DNA of 64,000 nucleotides from an uncultured Micavibrio sp. (GTDB lineage Bacteria; Pseudomonadota; Alphaproteobacteria; Micavibrionales; UBA2020): NCBI GenBank assembly GCA_964551435.1, contig CAZKBS010000008.1, positions 4,995 to 68,994 of the forward strand, read 5' to 3'. Shown piece by piece: positions 58,780 to 64,000 of this stretch (position 1 is its first letter; each line of letters starts with the position of its first letter). The notes under the pieces were generated by a model. It saw only the letters and a program-made list of their open reading frames with translations, ran no database searches and was not told where the DNA came from. The position numbers and the translations under genes were made by a program.

Positions 58780-59565
58780 TTAACGCTGGTTGCCCTTCAT
58801 ATCGATTTCAAGACCGTCATAGGCCGGACGGATATCCGGCGGCAGCTCGTCGCACAGGGTTTTATAATCCATATGCGTCGTCAGGACGGTGATATAGGTC
58901 ATTTTCGGCTTCAAAATCGCCGCCCATTCTTTCACACGCCGCAAATTCGCGTGGGTCATGACGCTCTCTTTGTGATAGCTGCTGGCATCAACCACCCATG
59001 TTTCAATGCCGCGCAGCGCCTTCAGCGACTTTTCCGGCATTTCGGCGACATCTACGCAATAAGCGAAATCGCCAAAACGGAACCCTAGCGACAGGCAGGT
59101 GGTGTGGTCCTGCTCGAAGGTTTCAATATCGATATCACCGATGCGGAAACTGTCGTAATTGCCGATTTCATGGCGGCTGAACGACTGCACGTAAATACCG
59201 TTGCTGCTGGTATTGAACAAATACGGCCAGCGGCGGTCGATTTCGTCCAGCGTTTCCTTGTTGCTGTAAATCGGCATCATCTGGTTGTTGTGATAGGCGT
59301 GCACGCGCAAATCGTCGATGCCGTTCACATGGTCGGAATGGGCATGACTGATAAGCGCGGCATCTATTTTCTTGATGCCGACATTGTTCAGCTGGTGCCT
59401 GAGGTCATAGGTTGCATCGATAAGGATGCTTGTTTTTTCCGTCTGCGCCAGAAGCGATGCGCGGTTGCGGTGGTTTTTCGGTTCGCTGGGGTCACACGTG
59501 CCCCAAAAACCGCCCGCTGCAGGCGTACCAAGGGAAGATCCACATCCCAAAACCGTAAACTTCAT
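58780..59565 (-). CDS. MBL-fold hydrolase, PhnP-like
   Basis: LGCGSS.G.P, CDP..PKN.R.R.S, SHAHSDHVNGIDDLR, TH, PAYDGL. Confidence 0.9.
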   Translation of the reverse strand: MKFTVLGCGSSLGTPAAGGFWGTCDPSEPKNHRNRASLLAQTEKTSILIDATYDLRHQLNNVGIKKIDAALISHAHSDHVNGIDDLRVHAYHNNQMMPIYSNKETLDEIDRRWPYLFNTSSNGIYVQSFSRHEIGNYDSFRIGDIDIETFEQDHTTCLSLGFRFGDFAYCVDVAEMPEKSLKALRGIETWVVDASSYHKESVMTHANLRRVKEWAAILKPKMTYITVLTTHMDYKTLCDELPPDIRPAYDGLEIDMKGNQR

Positions 59566-59605
59566 TTTTGTTATCCTTCTGGTTTGCCGGTTTCAAACAA
59601 GGCCG

Positions 59606-60397
59606 TCAGTTTTCGGCCACTTGTGCGCGGTCAAAAAGCCGCAGGAAATTCTCGCCCGTCTGGCGCACGACGTCTTCATAGCTTACGCCTTTCAACTCCG
59701 CGACCAGCCGCGCGGTATGCACGACGAAAGCGGGTTCGTTACGCTTGCCGCGGTTCGGCACGGGCGCCAGATACGGGCTATCGGTTTCGACCAAAATCCG
59801 GTCAAGCGGCGTACGCTTGACGACTTCGCGCAAATCTTCGGATTTTTTGAACGTGATGATGCCCGAAAACGAAATGTAAAAGCCGATATCAAGCGCCTGT
59901 TCGGCCAGCCACTGCGTGCCGCTGAAACAGTGCATGACACCGCGCGATTTCCCCTGCCCCGCGCTGCGCAGGATACGCATGGTGTCTTCTTCTGCATCGC
60001 GGGTATGGATGACCAGCGGCAAATCGGTTTCGATGCCGACGGCGATATGCTTTTCGAAAACACGCTGCTGCACATCGCGCGGCGCGTGGTCGTAATAATA
60101 ATCCAGCCCCGTCTCGCCGATACCGGCCACTTTGGGCAGCTTTGTCAGCGCAATGATATCGGCAGCGGAAAGTTTGACCTCCGCTTCCTCCGCCGCATGA
60201 TGGGGGTGCGTACCGACAGTACAATGGATATAGGGGAACGCATCGGCCACCGCGCGAATGCGGTCAAAATGGGCGATCTGCGTGCAAATTGTCAGCATCT
60301 GGCGCACGCCCGCGCTGCGGGCACGGCTGACAATTTCGGCGACGCCTTCCTCCGCGAAATCCGGGTAATCCAGATGGCAATGGCTATCGACCAGCAT
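59606..60397 (-). CDS. tatD: TatD family DNase
   Basis: DSHCHL, HPH, GETGLDY, HTRDAE, HCFSG, ETDSPYLAP. Confidence 0.93.
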   Translation of the reverse strand: MLVDSHCHLDYPDFAEEGVAEIVSRARSAGVRQMLTICTQIAHFDRIRAVADAFPYIHCTVGTHPHHAAEEAEVKLSAADIIALTKLPKVAGIGETGLDYYYDHAPRDVQQRVFEKHIAVGIETDLPLVIHTRDAEEDTMRILRSAGQGKSRGVMHCFSGTQWLAEQALDIGFYISFSGIITFKKSEDLREVVKRTPLDRILVETDSPYLAPVPNRGKRNEPAFVVHTARLVAELKGVSYEDVVRQTGENFLRLFDRAQVAEN

Positions 60398-61971
60398 CAG
60401 GCGGTCTTTTCCTGCGCGGCGGGTTCTTCCTCCACGATGCGGGGGAAGACGCCTTCGGGCTTGGGCAGTTCGGTGCCCGGCTGCAGCGCATGCTGGGAGC
60501 CGATATGCGCAAAATCACGCGCCGATGCCGCAACCGCGACCTGATCAAGGATACGGTTCGCCGCCACGGGCACGAAAGGCTGCAAAATCAGGCCAAGGTT
60601 ACGAATAGTTTCCGCCAGCACATACAAAACCGTCTGCATGCGCGCAGGGTCTGTTTTCTTGAGCGTCCATGGCGCCTGTTCGTCAATATAGGCATTGGCG
60701 GCATTGGCAACGCGCACGATTTCTTCAAGCGCGCGGCTGAATTGCAGTTTTTCAAACTCTCCGCGCACGGCGACCAGCATTTCCTGACCCGCATGGTTCA
60801 AAAGCGCATGGTCGACATCTTCGAGGATGCCCGGCTGCGGCACTTTGGCTTCGCAGTTTTTATTGATTTGCGACAGCGTGCGCTGCACAAGGTTGCCCAT
60901 GTTATTCGCAAGTTCCGCATTGATGCGGGCCGTCATCAGCGGCCAGGAAATATCGCCATCCTGACCGAACGTCACTTCGCGCATCAGCGCATAGCGGCTG
61001 GCATCGGCGCCGAATTTTTCGACAAGATTTTGCGGCGAGATGACATTACCGAGGGATTTCGACATCTTATTGCCACCCGTCAGCAGGAAACCGTGGCCAA
61101 AGACACGCTTGGGCAGCGGAATATCCAGCGACATCAAAATTGCCGGCCAGTAAATCGCATGGAAACGCACGATATCCTTGCCGATAAGATGCACATCCGC
61201 GGGCCAGTATTTTTTAAACAGCCCGTTTTTGTCTTCCGGATATCCCAGCGCAGAGATATAGTTGAGAAGCGCGTCAATCCAGACATACATAACGTGTTTT
61301 TCATCGCCCGGCACCGGAATGCCCCAGTTAAAACTGGTGCGCGAAATCGACAGATCTTTCAACCCCTGTTTCACGAAACTGACGACTTCGTTGCGGCGGA
61401 AAGCGGGCTGGATGAAATCCGGCTGGCTTTCGTAGAGATCGAGGAGTTTTTGCTCATACGCGGAGAGTTTGAAGAAATAGCTTTCTTCCTCGATCCACTC
61501 CACCTCGGTGCCTGTCGCGGTGCAGATTTTTTTACCATCTTCGCGCGTGGTCAGCTCGTCTTCGCCGTAATAGGCTTCGTCGCGCACGGAATACCAGCCG
61601 GCGTATTTATTCAGATATATATCGCCGCGCTCCTGCATTTTACGCCATGCGTATTGCGACGCTTTTTTATGGTCGTCCTGCGTGGTGCGGATGAACTGGT
61701 CGTTCGAGATATTCAGGTATTTCGTCTGCTCGATGAACGTGGCGGCAATATCATCGGCGAATTGCTGCGGCGATTTGCCTTTGCTCTCGGCCATTTTCTG
61801 GACTTTTTGTCCATGCTCGTCCGTGCCGGTCAGGAAATAGACGTCAAAACCGTCGAGGCGCTTGAAGCGCGCCATCACGTCCGCGCCGATGACTTCATAG
61901 GCGTGGCCCAGATGCGGCGGCGCGTTTACGTATGAAATCGCCGTGGTGATGTAGAAAGGCTGTTTGCTCAT
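60397..61971 (-). CDS. metG: Methionine--tRNA ligase
   Basis: YITTAISY.N..PHLGH, GTDEHG, YVWIDAL, KMSKS. Confidence 0.97.
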   Translation of the reverse strand: MSKQPFYITTAISYVNAPPHLGHAYEVIGADVMARFKRLDGFDVYFLTGTDEHGQKVQKMAESKGKSPQQFADDIAATFIEQTKYLNISNDQFIRTTQDDHKKASQYAWRKMQERGDIYLNKYAGWYSVRDEAYYGEDELTTREDGKKICTATGTEVEWIEEESYFFKLSAYEQKLLDLYESQPDFIQPAFRRNEVVSFVKQGLKDLSISRTSFNWGIPVPGDEKHVMYVWIDALLNYISALGYPEDKNGLFKKYWPADVHLIGKDIVRFHAIYWPAILMSLDIPLPKRVFGHGFLLTGGNKMSKSLGNVISPQNLVEKFGADASRYALMREVTFGQDGDISWPLMTARINAELANNMGNLVQRTLSQINKNCEAKVPQPGILEDVDHALLNHAGQEMLVAVRGEFEKLQFSRALEEIVRVANAANAYIDEQAPWTLKKTDPARMQTVLYVLAETIRNLGLILQPFVPVAANRILDQVAVAASARDFAHIGSQHALQPGTELPKPEGVFPRIVEEEPAAQEKTA

Positions 61972-62031
61972 GCCTGCCCTCTTTCGCGCCTGCGGCGCCG
62001 GTTTGTTAGTTTCTTGTTGCCGGAAAAAACG

Positions 62032-63222
62032 CTAGAGCGTCAGCCCGGGATGGTTCGGATTTTGAAGCATCTGGAAAGATGCGATTATGGCCTGCCGCTT
62101 GTCAAGGTTATAAGAATCCACCTGCGCGAAGAAACGCGAGAGTTTTTCCCATGTTTCAATGAAATGCTGCGGGGGATATAGCGCCGCAAGCCGTTGAAAA
62201 ACCTCGGCATCGCCGGGCAAAACGTCGAGTATCGGCTGCCCCCGCGCCTGCAGCCGCGCCAGACGCGCGCACCAGCCCGTCATGACATCGCAGGCGGTGT
62301 CGAACGAACGCTCTGCCCCGAATTTGCCGAATTTTTCGGCAAGGTCGTGCACCAGCAGCATGTCGAGATCCGGCAGCGTCGATGCCGCCTTGAGCAAATC
62401 CTGATAGAGCGCAATCCCGTCATCGGCATGGAATTGCAGCGCGCGGCCGATGCTGCCCTCGGCCAGTTTGACAAGCATTGCTTTTTGCGCGCTCGACAAT
62501 CCCGGCACCATGCGGTCAAGCAGTTGCGACATCTGCATATCGCCCAGCGGCGCGACAGGTATCATGCGGCAGCGCGAGCGGATAGTCGGCAGAAAACCGC
62601 CCGGCTGCGCCGTGGTCAAAATCAGAACGGTTTTTTTCGGCGGCTCTTCGAGGATTTTCAACAGCGCGTTCTGGCTGCTCTGGTTCAAATACTCGGCGCT
62701 GTCGACGATGACAACGCGCCAGCCGCCCTCCGCCGCTGTCTTGCGCAAAAACGGGTGAATGCGGCGCACGGTTTCAACCGAAATATCATTTTTCAGACGA
62801 CCGCGTTTTTCGTCAAATTCACGCTCGACCGTCAGCAAATCTGCATGACCGCCCGACAGCACGCGGCGAAAAACCGGATGTTCAGGCGCGACGTATAGAT
62901 TTTCCGGCGGCGCGGCATCGCCGAACAATCCGCCGCCCGCACTCTCCACCCCTTGCGAAAGTAAAAAACGCGCCAGACGATAGGCCAGCGTCGCCTTGCC
63001 GATACCGGGCGGCCCCGCCAGAATAATCGCATGCGGCATGCGGCCCGCATTGAAATCGGCAAGAATGGATTTTTCAACCTGTTCATGCCCGATACAATCG
63101 GGGTTGCTGCGCGGCGTCAGGTCTTCGGCATCGGCAGGGCCAGCGGCTTCGTCGGCCAGCGCACCGGCGGCATCCATATCGGCATCAAGATTTTCTTCTT
63201 CATCGGCGAACAGGCTAACCAT
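62032..63222 (-). CDS. holB: DNA polymerase III delta-prime subunit
   Basis: GPPGIGKATLAY, NALLKILEEPP, PTIRSRC; between tmk and metG. Confidence 0.93.
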   Translation of the reverse strand: MVSLFADEEENLDADMDAAGALADEAAGPADAEDLTPRSNPDCIGHEQVEKSILADFNAGRMPHAIILAGPPGIGKATLAYRLARFLLSQGVESAGGGLFGDAAPPENLYVAPEHPVFRRVLSGGHADLLTVEREFDEKRGRLKNDISVETVRRIHPFLRKTAAEGGWRVVIVDSAEYLNQSSQNALLKILEEPPKKTVLILTTAQPGGFLPTIRSRCRMIPVAPLGDMQMSQLLDRMVPGLSSAQKAMLVKLAEGSIGRALQFHADDGIALYQDLLKAASTLPDLDMLLVHDLAEKFGKFGAERSFDTACDVMTGWCARLARLQARGQPILDVLPGDAEVFQRLAALYPPQHFIETWEKLSRFFAQVDSYNLDKRQAIIASFQMLQNPNHPGLTL

Positions 63223-63895
63223 GTTTGGCCTCCGCCAGTGTCAGACCGAAACGCTGCGTCACAATATCCAACACACGGCGATGCACGGTTTGAATATCCT
63301 GCGCGGCGTCGATGACAACGCAGCGCTGCGGGTTTTGCCTGGCAATCGACAAGAACCCTTCGCGCAGACGGGTATGGAAGGCCAGCCCCATGCGTTCGTA
63401 GCGATCTTCGGTCGATTCCGTCACATTCGCCGTCTGGCTCATATGTTTCATGGAACGCGCAAGCCCTGCTTCGGGTTCGATATCGAAAATCAGCGTCAAG
63501 TCTGGCTGAAAATCACCCGCGACAAGGGCATAAAGTTTTTCGATCAGCGCGGCATCCAGCCCCATGCCATACCCCTGAAACGCACGCGTTGAATCCGCGA
63601 AGCGGTCGGATATCACCCACTGTCCGGCCTCCATCGATGGCCAGATTTTATTGACCAGATGTTCGCGGCGGGCGGAGAACATCAGCATCGCCTCGGTCAG
63701 CGGGTCGAAATTTCCGCTATCGCGCTGCAACAGCAGATTGCGGATACGTTCGGCCTGCGGCGTGCCGCCCGGCTCGCGCGTGGTCACGGCATCAATCCCC
63801 GCCGCCGCCAGCGCTGCCGCCAGCAGACGTATCTGCGTCGACTTGCCCGTGCCGTCGCCGCCTTCAAGGGTGATGAATACGCCTTTCGCCGTCAT
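63215..63895 (-). CDS. tmk: Thymidylate kinase
   Basis: FITLEGGDGTGKSTQ, TREPGGT, DRFADST.AFQG, PDLT. Confidence 0.97.
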   Translation of the reverse strand: MTAKGVFITLEGGDGTGKSTQIRLLAAALAAAGIDAVTTREPGGTPQAERIRNLLLQRDSGNFDPLTEAMLMFSARREHLVNKIWPSMEAGQWVISDRFADSTRAFQGYGMGLDAALIEKLYALVAGDFQPDLTLIFDIEPEAGLARSMKHMSQTANVTESTEDRYERMGLAFHTRLREGFLSIARQNPQRCVVIDAAQDIQTVHRRVLDIVTQRFGLTLAEAKHG

Positions 63896-63912
63896 GCCCG
63901 CGATTGCCCCCG

Positions 63913-63999
63913 TTATTCCGACTGACCGAACAGCAGATAACGCGCGCGGTTTTTGGCGCGGCCAAAGAACCCGAGACGCGGCACATCGGCGCCCGTATA
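63913..63999 (-). CDS. 3' end of a probable D-Ala-D-Ala carboxypeptidase (partial)
   Basis: Reads YTGADVPRLGFFGRAKNRARYLLFGQSE*, resembling the amphipathic DacA tail; dac-tmk synteny. Confidence 0.55.
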   Translation of the reverse strand, partial: YTGADVPRLGFFGRAKNRARYLLFGQSE

Positions 64000-64000
64000 A

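Overview
GC-rich alphaproteobacterial core-chromosome segment with about 60 CDS. Gene order resembles Rhodospirillales and relatives; a Micavibrio-like predatory or host-associated lineage is my inference, not proven. Housekeeping blocks: mazG / IMPase-hflX-hfq-dat-trkA-ntrXY-ntrCB, ispDF-pgpA-cinA, lipA-lpdA-pdhCBA-ftsB, kdsA-eno-ppa, pyrG-secG-ppiD-tpiA, lexA-comEC-gltX-gltA, msbA-hydrolase-queuosine salvage, pepN, and tmk-holB-metG-tatD. I saw no rRNA, tRNA, CRISPR, IS or prophage. The most striking signal is a dispersed set of orphan genes inserted singly between conserved genes (1001, 20162, 25946, 41047). Their bodies are unrelated in sequence, but they share an architecture: no classical signal peptide, a hydrophobic core (Gly/Ala-rich in three of the four), and a C-terminal signature S-[LF]-x4-5-L-x3-F followed by a 25-33 aa Pro/Ala/Lys-rich tail ending in or near P-x-P. 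Related tails are appended to a FadE lacking its membrane anchor and to a divergent PepN. This looks like a shared C-terminal export signal on an uncharacterised effector repertoire (hypothesis). Other notable items: an A9 slippage site in one orphan, a membrane-anchored metallothionein-like protein coupled to lpdA, ClpXP-type degron and adaptor-like tails, local inversions, and absence of dusB and trp/moa genes from their usual positions.
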